Assembly: GCA_963736505.1 (NCBI GenBank)
Contig: CAVTOZ010000004.1
Location: 47,405-111,404 of the forward strand
Reading direction: 5' to 3'
DNA: 64,000 bases
Source of the DNA: an uncultured Solirubrobacteraceae bacterium
Lineage (GTDB): Bacteria; Actinomycetota; Thermoleophilia; Solirubrobacterales; Solirubrobacteraceae
Within the stretch, counting starts at the first letter, position 1; each line of letters opens with the position of its first letter. Made by a program: the position numbers and the translations under genes. This document shows, in pieces, positions 1-10,456 of this stretch. The notes beneath the pieces are model-generated. The model ran no database searches. It had not been told where the DNA came from and saw only the letters and a list, made by a program, of their open reading frames with translations.

Positions 1-337
1 TGTGCCGCAGCCGGCCCATCAGCACGAGGTTCTCCCGCCCGCTGAGGATCTCGTCGACCGCCGCGAACTGTCCCGTGAGGCTGATCGACTCCCGCACCTG
101 CGCCGCTTGCGTCGCGACGTCGAAGCCGTTGACGCCGACCGTCCCCGCGTCCGCCTTGAGCAGCGTGGACAGGACCTTCACGACCGTGGTCTTGCCCGCG
201 CCGTTGGAGCCGAGCAGGGCGACGATGCTCCCGCGCGCGACGTCGAGGTCCACCCCGCGGAGCACCTCCAGCTCCTTGAACGACTTCTGCAGCCCCTGCA
301 CGTGAATCGCGAGGCCTGGGCTCTGATTGGTTGGCAT
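1..337 (-). CDS. ABC transporter ATP-binding protein (DrrA-like), 5' part; runs off the window
   Basis: Manual translation: MPTNQSPGLAIHVQGLQKSFKELEVLRGVDLDVARGSIVALLGSNGAGKTT (Walker A). ATG at 337. Confidence 0.9.
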   Translation of the reverse strand, partial: MPTNQSPGLAIHVQGLQKSFKELEVLRGVDLDVARGSIVALLGSNGAGKTTVVKVLSTLLKADAGTVGVNGFDVATQAAQVRESISLTGQFAAVDEILSGRENLVLMGRLRH

Positions 338-379
338 ATCGATGTCCGTTCTCTCTCTTTGCGTATTGCCTCTCCCGTG

Positions 380-410
380 AGTGTCGACCCTGACGTAGCG
401 TCAAGGTCAA
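380..410 (-). promoter_or_regulatory. MerR-type promoter/operator
   Basis: Minus strand TTGACC-N19-GACACT, with dyad ACCTTGACG-CTA-CGTCAGGGT in the 19-bp spacer. Confidence 0.7.
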
Positions 411-554
411 GCCGGTGGCCTAAACGGTTCAACGGCGAAGCGATGCTCGTGCCAAAGGAGAAAGCGCCGCTCCTGCGGCGAGCCGCAGTTCGAAGCGATG
501 GGATTCGTGGCGCCGATGTAACTGAGATCGACACTCCCTGGCGGATGTCATGTC

Positions 555-2852
555 TTGACCCGACCGATGGTCGGTCGCCTGCACGGCCCGGTCGGGTCCA
601 GCGGCTTGCGCGGCCGGGCGAAAGAGTGCGCGCTGCTGGACGAGTTGACGTCGGCGATCCGCCGCGGCGAGAGCCAGTCGCTGGTGCTCCGCGGCGAGGC
701 CGGGATCGGCAAGACGGCACTGCTGGAGCACCTGCTCGCGTCGGCGTCTTCGGACATGACCGTCGTGCGGACGGTGGGTGTGCAGTCGGATATGGAGCTT
801 GCGTACGCGAGCCTGCACCAGCTGTGTGGTCCGCTGCTCGAGGGACTGCATCGCCTGCCGCCGCCGCAGCGGCAGGCGATGGAGATCGTGTTCGGGCTCA
901 GCACCGGGGAAGCTCCGGATCGGTTCCTCGTCGGGTTGGCGGTATTGGGTCTGATGTCGGATGCGGCCGAGCAGCGTCCGCTGCTGTGTGTCGTCGACGA
1001 CGCGCAGTGGCTCGACCGGGCCTCGGCGCTGACCCTGGCGTTCGTGGCGCGACGGCTGCTGGCGGAGCCCGTCGGGATCGTCTTCGCCACGCGTGAGCCG
1101 CGTGAGGAACTGCAACACGTGCGTGAGCTCGAAGTGCACGGCGTGCGCAACGGCGATGCCCGCGCGCTGCTGAGCTCGGCGGTGCAGTTCAAATTGGATG
1201 AGCGAATACGGGATCGCATCATCGCCGAGACGCACGGGAACCCGCTGGCCCTGCTCGAGCTCCCGCGAGGGTTGACGGCACGGCAGCTGGCGGGCGGCTT
1301 CGGCCTGGTCGAGGCGCAGGGGCTCGCCGGGCGGATCGAAGACAGCTTCGTGCGCCGGGTTCAGACGCTCTCCGACGACGCGCGCCGTCTGCTGCTGCTG
1401 GCGGCAGCAGAGCCGGTGGGCGATCCGCTGCTGCTCCTCGCAGCATCCGAGCGGCTCGGCATCGCGGTCTCTGCCGTGGATACGGAGACGGACGGGCTGC
1501 TCGCGCTCGGCCAGCGCGTGACCTTCCGTCACCCGCTGGTGCGCTCTGCCGTGTACCGGACAGCGAGCAAGGAGCAACGCCGGGAGGCCCACCTGGCGTT
1601 GGCCGAGGCGACCGACCCCGGCGCCGACCCCGACCGTCGCGCGTGGCATCTGGCCACGGCCGCGGCGGGGCCGGACGAGCCGGTCGCCGCCGCGCTCGAG
1701 CAGTCCGCGGGCCGCGCTCAGGCACGGGGCGGCTTGGCGGCGGCGGCCGCGTTCCTGCATCGCTCAGTCGTCCTGTCGCGTGATCCCGAGCAGCGGGTGC
1801 GGCGTGCGCTGGCCGCCGCGCAGGCGAGCTTGCGGGCCGGCATCTTCGAGGGTGCGCTCGAGCTCCTGGCGTTGGCCGAGGCCGCGACGCCGGACGAGGT
1901 GCAGATGGCGCAGGTCGAGTTGCTGAAGGGTCAGATCGCGTTCGCGTCGAGCATGGGGTCCGCGGCGCCCCCGCTGCTCCTGAAGGCCGCGCGGCGCTTC
2001 GAGCGGCGCGACCCCGAGCTGGCGCGCGAGATCTACCTCGACGCGTGGGGAGCTGCGCTGTTCGCCGGTCGCTCGGTCTCGGCCGGCAGCCTCGCCGAGG
2101 TCTCCAGCGCCGTCGCGTCGGCTCCGCGGCCGACCCACCCGCTCCGTCCATCGGATCTGCTGCTCTATGGCCTCACCACCTTCGTCGCGGAAGGACACGC
2201 GGCGGCCGCGCCGATGTTGAAGCGGGCCACGGCCGCGTTCGCGGACGAAGCGTCACCGAGCCAGGAGGGCTTCCGCTGGGGCTGGATGACGACGATCCCG
2301 CCCAACATCCTCTGGGACGAGGACAGCTGGCGTGCCATCAGTGCGCGCCACCTCAAAGAGGCCCGCGACGCGGGGGCGCTGGCGCGACTGCCGATCGACC
2401 TCGCCGACTGGGCGATCTTCTTGGCGTGGTGCGGCGACTTCGGCGGGGCGGCCGCCGCGATCACCGAGGCCGAAGCGATCACCAAGGCGACCGGAACCTC
2501 CATCGCGCCCTATGCCGGGCTGTTGCTCGCCGCGCTCGGTGGCCGAAGCGACGCGTCGCCGCTGATCGAATTCACGATCCGCGAGGCCAGAACAGGCGGT
2601 CAAGGGCTGGGCGTCCAGTGGGCCGAGTGGGTGGGCGCGATGCTGTACAACGGCCTCGGCCGCTACGACCAGGCGCTCGCCTCGGCGCAGCGAGCGGCCC
2701 AGGAGACACCGTTCCTCCACGTCACCCCCTGGGCACTGACCGAGCTGGTCGAGGCGGCGGCCCGCACCGCGCGGCCTGACCTCGCGGCCGGCGCGCTCGA
2801 GCGCGTGATGGCGGCCACGGCGTCCTCCACCACCGACTGGGGCCTCGGCATG
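555..2852 (+). pseudogene. LuxR-family AAA-ATPase regulator lacking its C-terminal HTH; reads in frame into the downstream epoxide hydrolase
   Basis: Walker A GEAGIGKT, VVDDAQWLD and a helical repeat region. Family-like sequence stops after 'DWGLG'; no LuxR HTH follows. Confidence 0.75.
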
Positions 2853-2909
2853 CAGTGGGAGAGCACGCTGCGTGCCGTCACAGATCCATCCCTCCCAAGG
2901 AGGACTCAC

Positions 2910-4154
2910 ATGGCCGTTGCGGTCGAAAGGCCGGCGGACGCGACGATCCGCCCGTTCACCATCGAGTTTCCCGAGTCGGACCTCGCGGACCTGCGTACGC
3001 GCATCGCCGCCACGCGGTGGCCGGAGAAGGAGACCGTCGAGGACGACTCGCAGGGCGTGCCGCTCGCGCTCATGCAGGACCTCGCCCGCTACTGGGCGAC
3101 CGAGTACGACTGGCGCACGTGCGAGGCGCGGCTGAAGGCCGTTCCGCACTACATCACCGAGATCGACGGGCTCGACATCCACTTCATCCACGTCCGCTCC
3201 AAGCACGAGGACGCGCTGCCGCTGGTCGTCTGCCACGGCTGGCCCGGCTCGGTCGTCGAGCAGCTGAAGATCATCGGCCCGCTCACCGATCCCACGGCGC
3301 ACGGCGCGAGCGCGTCGGATGCCTTCCACGTCGTGATCCCGTCGATGCCCGGGTACGGATTCTCCGGCAAGCCGACGAGCGCCGGCTGGGATCCCGTGCG
3401 CATCGGGAAGGCGTACGTCCAGCTCATGAAGCGTCTGGGCTACGCGCGGTTCGTGGCGCAGGGCGGGGACTGGGGCGCGGTCGTCGTCGACGCGATGGCC
3501 GGCGGCCGCGCCGACCCGGCGGCCGCCGAGCCGGCGCCGCCGGAGCTGATCGGCATCCACACCAACATGGCCGGCGTGGTCCCGCCGGACCTCTTCGCCG
3601 CGTCCTTCATCGGCAGCCCGGCGCCGTCGGGTCTCTCCGGCGAGGAGCTGAGCACCTACGAGCAGCTGCGCGCCTTCTTCGCGTCGCACGTGGCGTACGG
3701 GCTGATCACAGGGACGCGTCCGCAGACGCTCTACGGCCTGGCGGACTCGCCCATCGCCCTTGCCGCGTTCATGCTCGACCACGGTGACGGGAGCGGTCAG
3801 CCCGGCCTCGTCCAGCAGGTCCTAGAGGGCCGTCTGGAGAAGCCGAGCGACCTCACGCGCGACGACATCCTCGACAACATCACGCTCTTCTGGCTGACCA
3901 ACACCGGCGTGTCCTCGGCGCGGCTGTACTGGGAGAACAAGCTCCCGTTCTTCTCGGTCAAGGGCGTGAAGATCCCGGTCGGCGTGAGCACGTTCGCCGA
4001 CGAGATCTACCGGGTTCCGCGGAGCTGGGCGGAGCGGGCGTACCCCAACCTCGTCCACTACAGCCGGCATGACCGGGGCGGGCACTTCGCCGCGTGGGAG
4101 CAGCCGCAGCTGCTCTCCGAAGACGTCCGTGCGACGTTCCGATCGCTTCGCTGA
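2910..4154 (+). CDS. Epoxide hydrolase (EHN domain plus alpha/beta hydrolase)
   Basis: Own RBS AAGGAGG before ATG 2910. IRPFTI..DLRTRIAATRWP, HGWPGS, QGGDWG nucleophile, GGHFAAWEQP. Confidence 0.92.
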   Translation: MAVAVERPADATIRPFTIEFPESDLADLRTRIAATRWPEKETVEDDSQGVPLALMQDLARYWATEYDWRTCEARLKAVPHYITEIDGLDIHFIHVRSKHEDALPLVVCHGWPGSVVEQLKIIGPLTDPTAHGASASDAFHVVIPSMPGYGFSGKPTSAGWDPVRIGKAYVQLMKRLGYARFVAQGGDWGAVVVDAMAGGRADPAAAEPAPPELIGIHTNMAGVVPPDLFAASFIGSPAPSGLSGEELSTYEQLRAFFASHVAYGLITGTRPQTLYGLADSPIALAAFMLDHGDGSGQPGLVQQVLEGRLEKPSDLTRDDILDNITLFWLTNTGVSSARLYWENKLPFFSVKGVKIPVGVSTFADEIYRVPRSWAERAYPNLVHYSRHDRGGHFAAWEQPQLLSEDVRATFRSLR

Positions 4155-4155
4155 G

Positions 4156-5108
4156 ATGACCCTGCTCGAACGTGTGCACATGCCCGCGTTCGCCGCGCGA
4201 CCGAGTGGCTCAACTCCGAGCCGCTCGGCCCCGCCGAGCTGCACGGCCGGGTCATCCTCGTGAACTTCTGGACGCTGACCTGCATCAACTGGCTGCGCCA
4301 GGAGCCCTACGTGCGAGCATGGTCACAGGCCTACCGCGACAACGGCCTGATCGTCATCGGCGTTCACACGCCGGAGTTCTCGTTCGAGCACCGGATCGAC
4401 CGCATCCAGCAGGCGGTCGCGAACCGAACGATCGACTACCCGGTCGCGGTCGACAACGAGTACGCGATCTGGAACGCCTTCGCCAATCGCGCATGGCCGG
4501 CGCTGTACTTCGTCGACGCGGACGGCACGATCCGCGATCGGCACTTCGGCGAAGGCCGCTACGAGAAGTCCGAGCGCCTCATCCAGCGACTCCTCGGCAT
4601 CGAGCGCGAGCCCGTCACGGTCGAGCCGCTCGGCGTCGAGGCACCGGCCGACTGGGACAACCTGCGCACCCCCGAGACGTACCTCGGCTACTGGCGCGAC
4701 GGGCATTTTGCGTCTCCGGGCGGCCCAGCGCTCGACGAACCGCGCGCGTACGACCTGCCCGCGCGACTGGGCCTCAACGAGTGGGCGCTCGCCGGCCGAT
4801 GGACGATCGCCGCCGAGAGCATCGTCCTCGACCAAGCCGGCGGCAGCATCGCGTTCTGCTTTCACGCGCGCGACGCGCACCTCGTGCTCTGCCACGGCGC
4901 ACGTGAACCGATCCCCTTCCGTGTACTGCTCGACGGCGAGCCACCGGGCCCTTCCCACGGCGTTGACGTCGACGAGGACGGAAACGGCGCGCTTTGGGAC
5001 TGCCGCATGTACCAGCTCGTCCGCCAGAACGAGCCTGTGCGCCCGCGGAGGCTGGAGATCACGTTCCTCGCCGCCGACGTCGAGGCCTACTCGTTCACGT
5101 CCGGGTGA
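4156..5108 (+). CDS. Redoxin/DipZ-like thioredoxin-fold protein, frameshifted at ~4195
   Basis: MTLLERVHMPAF in one frame continues as ATEWLNSEPL..VNFWTLTCINWLR..VIGVHTPEF in another; one G is missing (GCC G[G]C GCG). Confidence 0.8.
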
Positions 5109-5138
5109 TCGGCCGGGATCATCGCGGTCCCGAACTCG

Positions 5139-5210
5139 ATCATCCAGCACATCTACGTCAAGATCGGCGTCTCCACCCGCGCCGCCGCCGCCCTCTGGGC
5201 GATGCAGCAC
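5139..5210 (+). pseudogene. Orphan C-terminal LuxR HTH fragment
   Basis: IIQHIYVKIGVSTRAAAALWAMQH; no upstream coding part. Confidence 0.65.
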
Positions 5211-5227
5211 CCGTCGTCGGCCGAGGC

Positions 5228-5743
5228 TCAGCAGTCGAACACCGACCAGCAGATGTCGTTCCGCAACCGCTGGTCGTCGAGTACGAGCTCGCGAAGCTCC
5301 CCCGGGAGCTGGTCACGCTGCCACCGGCACTCGAGCCGCCCCGCGGCCGCGCCCTCGCCCTCCGGCGCAGAGGCGCGTGCGGCCTTGATCGCATAGGCGG
5401 CCGCACCGAGCTCGTGCGCGGCGACGTGCGCGACGACGCCGGCCTGGCCGGCCGCGTACGCGGCGTGCCGTGGCGCTCCGCGCAGGTCTCTGGCCGCGGC
5501 CTGTGCACGGCCGGCCGCCTTGCGCGCCTGCGTCATCTTCACCTCGCCACGCACCCAGGCGCGAGCATGCTCGATCGCCTCACGCGGTCGCGGGTCCTCA
5601 GGCCGGGCCGACTCGAACAGGACAAGGACGTGCTCGGCGCACGACGCCGCCCAAAGCGCGAGCAGGTGGTGATGCGAATCGGTGAGGGTCCCACCGCGCC
5701 GGATCGTCACGAAGCGAGGATCTCGCACCTTCGGGAGGATCAT
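5228..5743 (-). CDS. Imm5-like putative immunity protein
   Basis: MILPKVRDPRFVTIRRGGTL..LALWAASCAEHVL..AHVAAHELGAAAYA, recognised as a conserved actinobacterial family. Confidence 0.7.
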   Translation of the reverse strand: MILPKVRDPRFVTIRRGGTLTDSHHHLLALWAASCAEHVLVLFESARPEDPRPREAIEHARAWVRGEVKMTQARKAAGRAQAAARDLRGAPRHAAYAAGQAGVVAHVAAHELGAAAYAIKAARASAPEGEGAAAGRLECRWQRDQLPGELRELVLDDQRLRNDICWSVFDC

Positions 5744-5855
5744 GGTCGGCGCCTTGTATCAGCTGCATCCGGGGTCGGTCACGTCCGTCGTTCTCCACGG
5801 CGGCTCGCGGAGAAGTACGCTGCGAACGCGGCCGTCGCGGCCGTACGGTGGGGAC

Positions 5856-6173
5856 GTGACGACGGTATCGGCGTTCGGTGTGCTCGCGTCCGTGATGGGG
5901 ACGCTGATGGCGACCGCGCCGCTGCTGCAACTGCGCCGGATCCGCCGCCGGCGCAGCGCCGAGGACGTCTCGAAGGCGTTCATCGCCATCGTCTGCTGCG
6001 GCTCTGCGAGCTGGCTCGCATATGGCATCGCGCTGGGCGACCCGTTCATGATCGTGCCGAACGTGATCGGCGTCGCGACCAACGGCGCGACGCTGCTCGT
6101 CGCATGCCGGCTGACGCGCCGCCCGCGCACGCCCGCCGCCGCGCGCCTGACCCGCCCGCATCGCGCGACCTAG
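5856..6173 (+). CDS. SemiSWEET/PQ-loop small transporter
   Basis: Three hydrophobic segments; APLLQLRRI..SAEDVS, WLAYG, IVPN motifs. GTG start inferred. Confidence 0.7.
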   Translation: MTTVSAFGVLASVMGTLMATAPLLQLRRIRRRRSAEDVSKAFIAIVCCGSASWLAYGIALGDPFMIVPNVIGVATNGATLLVACRLTRRPRTPAAARLTRPHRAT

Positions 6174-6313
6174 CCTCGATCGTCCACGAAGCAGAGCGGC
6201 GGAGTTGCTCGGCTGGCGGAGACGCTTGGCCTCAGCGAGAGCGACCTGCTCGCTCAGGTGTCCTCGGGCGCGAACTTCAGCTCGTTGCTCGGGGAGCGCA
6301 GCCCGTCGCGCCA

Positions 6314-6346
6314 CGATCGCCCTGCCTGCCAAGGTCAGGGCGATCG
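6314..6346. terminator. GC-rich hairpin downstream of the permease
   Basis: CGATCGCCCTG-N11-CAGGGCGATCG, perfect 11-bp stem between convergent genes. Confidence 0.5.
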
Positions 6347-6357
6347 CTCCCCTGGCG

Positions 6358-7563
6358 TCACACCGTTCGCAGGGCCTCGGTCGGCGAGAGCCGCGACGCA
6401 CGAACGGATGGGTAGAGGCCGGCGACGGCCCCGATCAGCAGTGCTGCCGCGATGCCGCCGGCGATCGCCTCCGGTGGAACCACGACCGCTTGCTGTTGCG
6501 CCGTCGAGCTGACGGCGGTCACGATCGCCCCGAGGGCGGCGCCCGCGACACCGCCGGCGATGGCGAGCAGCAGCGATTCGGTGAGGAACTGGATCGCGAT
6601 GTGGCGGCGGGTGGCGCCGAGTGCACGGCGCAAGCCGATTTCGGAGCGCCGTTCGAGTACGGATATGACCATGACGTTGGCGATTCCCACGCCGCCTACC
6701 AGCAGTGCGACGGCACCGAGGCCGAGGAACAGAGATGTGAAGGCGCCCTTTGCAGCGGCCTTGGCTTCCAACGCGTCCGAGGGCCGGCTGACGTTGACTT
6801 CCTCCGGGTGTTCCGGGTTGGCGGTCGCGGACGCCAGGCCGCGGACGGCGCTGAGGCGCTCGTCGTCTGCCCTGACGTAGGTGCTGGAGGGATTCGCGTC
6901 GATGCCGAACGTGGTTTCCGCGTACGGCAGCCCGATCAGCACCGAGCGGTCGATGTCGCTCGACAACGTGACGGACTTGAGGATCCCGACGACGGTGAGA
7001 TATCGCCCGCCGATGTAGACCTGCGGGTTCCCGCTGAGGCCGTCGATGCCGAGCCGGTTCGCGGCCACCGAGCCGAGGACCACGACCGGATAATGCTGAG
7101 TTGCCGCCGTGAGGAAGCGGCCTTGGGCGAGGGGTGCGCTCAGCGTCTTGGGCAGGCCGAGGTCGGCGGCCTTGACGCCGACGCCGCTCGTATCGTCGGG
7201 ATCGACGAGCGCGTTGCGGCGGACGGTCGCGCCGCTCACGGTGTACACGGAGGCGGACGCGGTGACGCCGGAGACGGAGGCGAGCTTTGCGCCGGTGCTG
7301 ACCGGCAGGACGCTGTCGTCGCCGAAGAAGGACTGGCCCGCCTGTACGGTCAAGAGATTGGTGCCGAGCCGGTCGATGGTCCGGAGCAGGTCAGCCTGCG
7401 AAGAGGCCGAGATGCCAAGGACGGCGACCATCGACGCGATGCCGATCGCGATGCCGAGCGCGGAGAGCGCCGCCCGCATCCGGCGTGTTCGCAACCCGAT
7501 CGAGCCGACACGGAGGAGGTCGCCTGGCAGAAGCCGGCTCCGCGCGAGCGTGGCCGCGCTCAT
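6358..7563 (-). CDS. MacB/FtsX-family ABC permease
   Basis: RAALSALGIAIGIAS, periplasmic domain, GGVGIANVMVISVLERRSEIGLRRALGA. Confidence 0.93.
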   Translation of the reverse strand: MSAATLARSRLLPGDLLRVGSIGLRTRRMRAALSALGIAIGIASMVAVLGISASSQADLLRTIDRLGTNLLTVQAGQSFFGDDSVLPVSTGAKLASVSGVTASASVYTVSGATVRRNALVDPDDTSGVGVKAADLGLPKTLSAPLAQGRFLTAATQHYPVVVLGSVAANRLGIDGLSGNPQVYIGGRYLTVVGILKSVTLSSDIDRSVLIGLPYAETTFGIDANPSSTYVRADDERLSAVRGLASATANPEHPEEVNVSRPSDALEAKAAAKGAFTSLFLGLGAVALLVGGVGIANVMVISVLERRSEIGLRRALGATRRHIAIQFLTESLLLAIAGGVAGAALGAIVTAVSSTAQQQAVVVPPEAIAGGIAAALLIGAVAGLYPSVRASRLSPTEALRTV

Positions 7564-8255
7564 GCCGACACCTCCGGCGTGGTTGCGCAGTCCTGAACCA
7601 TCTGGCCGTCGCGCATTTCGACGCGTCGCGGGAGCGCAGCCGCGAGCTCGCGGTCGTGGGTGATGATGACGAGCGTCGAGCCATCGCGGTTGAGTTCGCT
7701 CAGCAACTCGATGATCTCGTGTCCGGCGCGCGTATCCAGCGCGCCCGTGGGCTCGTCGGCGAACACGATCGCGGGTTGACCGACGATCGCGCGCGCGATC
7801 GCCGTCCGCTGCTTCTCGCCACCGGAGAGCTGGCTGGGGCGGTGGTCGAACCGGTGACCGAGGCCGACGCGCTCGAGTGCGTGGCGTGCGCGGTCTCGTC
7901 GCTCGCCGGCCGAGACTCCCGAGTACAGGAGCCCACCGGCTACGTTGTCGACTGCGCTCATGCCGTCGAGCAGATAGAACTGCTGAAAGACGAACCCGAT
8001 GCGCTGGGCACGTAGCGCCGACAACTCGTCGTCGGCCGCCGCTCCGGCATCGCGCCCGTCGATCCAGACGTCACCCTCAGTAGGGCGGTCGAGTGTGCCC
8101 ATGATCTGCAAGAGCGTCGTCTTGCCCGAGCCGGAAGGACCGACGATCGCGACGAGCTCGCCCGCATCGATGCGCAGATCCACCCCACGCAACGCGTCGA
8201 CCCCGCCGGGATAGCGCTTGGCGACGCCCCTGAGCTGGAGAACCGGCTCGCTCAT
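7560..8255 (-). CDS. ABC transporter ATP-binding subunit (LolD/MacB type)
   Basis: [34 protein letters not shown]. Confidence 0.95.
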   Translation of the reverse strand: MSEPVLQLRGVAKRYPGGVDALRGVDLRIDAGELVAIVGPSGSGKTTLLQIMGTLDRPTEGDVWIDGRDAGAAADDELSALRAQRIGFVFQQFYLLDGMSAVDNVAGGLLYSGVSAGERRDRARHALERVGLGHRFDHRPSQLSGGEKQRTAIARAIVGQPAIVFADEPTGALDTRAGHEIIELLSELNRDGSTLVIITHDRELAAALPRRVEMRDGQMVQDCATTPEVSA

Positions 8256-9816
8256 CACTGCACCGCCGCGTTGGTGACGGTCATGCCGGCCTCCAAGCCC
8301 TCGCCCTCGATCTGCACGTCGTCGCTCGTGTAGAGGCCGGGGTTGACCGTCACGAGCCGTCGGCTCGCGCCGTTGACGAGCTCGACGGCGAACCGTCCCC
8401 CGGACTGGGCGAGCAGCGCCGTGACCGGGATCGTCAGCGCGTTCCTTGCGCGCTGCTGCTCGAAATCCACCGTGACCGGGGCCTGGTCGAGCGCCGAGGC
8501 CTTCTCGGAGAGCCTGATCGTCACCTTGATGGTCGAGGTCGAGTTCGAGTTGGAGCTGGAGTTCGAGCCGGAGCTGTCGGAGGATGACGTCGTCGCAACT
8601 CGGCCGACATCCGTAATCCGCCCGCGAGCCTTCTTCTCGGACGGCAACGTCACGGTCACGCGAGCGCCTCGCTTGGCCAGTGACGACTTCGTGGTCTCGA
8701 GCTCGACCGTCACGATGCGGCGCGGCGATGTCGTCGTCATGATCGTGTTGACCTGCGTGCTCGTCGCCGTCGTCGCGCGCTGCCGGTCGCGCCCGTCGTC
8801 GCCGCCCCGCTCGCCGCACTGCCCGTGCCGGAGGGCGACGTAGAGCGGCCTGACGCGACCGGCGCGGCCGACGCGGGCGGGGAGCCGGCTGTCGGCGTGG
8901 CCGACGCGCGCGGCGCGGGAGTCGCCGTTGCCGTCGGCCTCGGATTGGCTGAGCCGCCCGGCGTGCCCGTCGGGGTGGGCGTCGGGGTCGCCGAGGGCGA
9001 CGGGCTCGGCGTCGCCGACGGGCTGGCAGTCGCCGTCGGCGATGGTGTGGCCTGCGCGGCGCGGGCGTGCGACGCCGTTCGCCGTGTGCTGTACGACACG
9101 AGACGCAGGCCGACCACCGGCGTCGGTGTATATGCGGCGTAGACCGTCGTGGCATGCGTTCCTGTGGACGAGGCCGTCGCATCCGTGCCGGTCGCGCCGG
9201 AGCCCGAGCCCGCCGAGCCGGAGCTGGATCCCCCGAGGGTCACCGCCGTCGAGGCAACCCGGCGCGCGCCGGGCTCGAAGACGACGCGCCCGAGCTCGAT
9301 CTTGCCGGTCTGCGACAGACCGTGGGCCTTCTGCCAGCGCTTGACGGCCTTCGTCGTCGAGGTCGTCCAGTTGATGTCGACCGTCATGTGGTGACCGGGG
9401 TCGTAGCCGTTCGTACGCAGATTGCGCTCGAGCTCGTACACGTCGCGCCCGTTGCTGACGTCCGGTCCGAGGTCGCGGTAAGCCGGCAGCGGCCCGTCAA
9501 GCAGGATCACCGGATTGTCGTCGACCCGGTAGAGCGTATGGTCGGCACGGATGACACCCCCGACGTCGGGCAGCCATGTCACGGTGCCCGTGAGCCGGTT
9601 GCTGACGTCACGCTCATCGGCATAGCCGAGCGTGCCCGTCTCGCTCGCGGTCTCCACGAGATCCTTGCGGACGATCTTCGTCGTCGGAGTGTGAGCGCTC
9701 GCCGACGCGGCAGAGGATTCACTCTGCCCGCCTCCTTCGGCGACCACCACCACGACGGCGACGGCGACGACCGCCACGGCCGCGCCGGCGGCGATCCGCT
9801 TGCCTCGTCGCATCAC
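8255..9816 (-). CDS. Efflux adaptor-like protein with peptidoglycan-binding domain and long Pro/Thr/Ser linker; frameshifted at ~8776
   Basis: [23 protein letters not shown]-binding motif. C-terminal part ([17 protein letters not shown]) is in the next frame; one G is missing in GCG[G]CG. Confidence 0.8.
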
Positions 9817-10349
9817 TGGTCACCGCCGCCCGGCCCGCCCGGGCCGCCTTGCGCGCCCTGGGGAAGCTTGCTCTGGCATGCCTTGGTCGCGGCCTTGACC
9901 TTCGGGTCGTTCTGGTCAGGCTGATTGCCGCCGGCCGGTGGCCCACCGCCGGTGCCGGAGGTCGGATCGGAGATCTCGACGCCGTGCTGGCGCATGCAGG
10001 CCGTGAACTTGGTCAAGGAATCGCGGAACTGCTGCTGCTGATCCGCGCTCACGTCGCCGAACGCCTGTCGCTGGTACTTCGCACAGGCCTTCTGCGCCTT
10101 CTGGAGCGCTGTCCGGTCGATGCTGTTCTGGTTCGCGCCCGGGCCACCGCCCTGGCCAGGATTGTCGGGGATGTCGACGCCGTTCTCGCGCATGCACTGC
10201 CGGAACTTCACCTGCGCGGCGTTGCGCGAGTTGTCGCTGCTTGCGCCCGTGCTGTCGTCAGATCCAGAGTTCGAACCGCCGCATCCCGCCGCGACGATGG
10301 CCGTGACGGCAAGAACGAAAATGAGGGCCAACGGCCGTGGATATCGCAT
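9813..10349 (-). CDS. Secreted lipoprotein with two 'KF..CMR.HGV' repeats
   Basis: Lipobox AAGC; repeats [14 protein letters not shown] and [14 protein letters not shown]. Confidence 0.8.
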   Translation of the reverse strand: MRYPRPLALIFVLAVTAIVAAGCGGSNSGSDDSTGASSDNSRNAAQVKFRQCMRENGVDIPDNPGQGGGPGANQNSIDRTALQKAQKACAKYQRQAFGDVSADQQQQFRDSLTKFTACMRQHGVEISDPTSGTGGGPPAGGNQPDQNDPKVKAATKACQSKLPQGAQGGPGGPGGGDQ

Positions 10350-10415
10350 CCGATCAACGATGGTCGCTCCGGACAAGACGTCTGCAAGAGCCGTCGACGA
10401 ATTGGAGAAGAGACC

Positions 10416-10437
10416 CTCTTCGCGAACTCTTCGCGAA
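10416..10437. promoter_or_regulatory. 11-bp tandem direct repeat, candidate OmpR-family binding site
   Basis: CTCTTCGCGAA CTCTTCGCGAA between the divergent exporter operon and response regulator. Confidence 0.55.
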
Positions 10438-10456
10438 GCGACCTAGCGTGGGCGGC

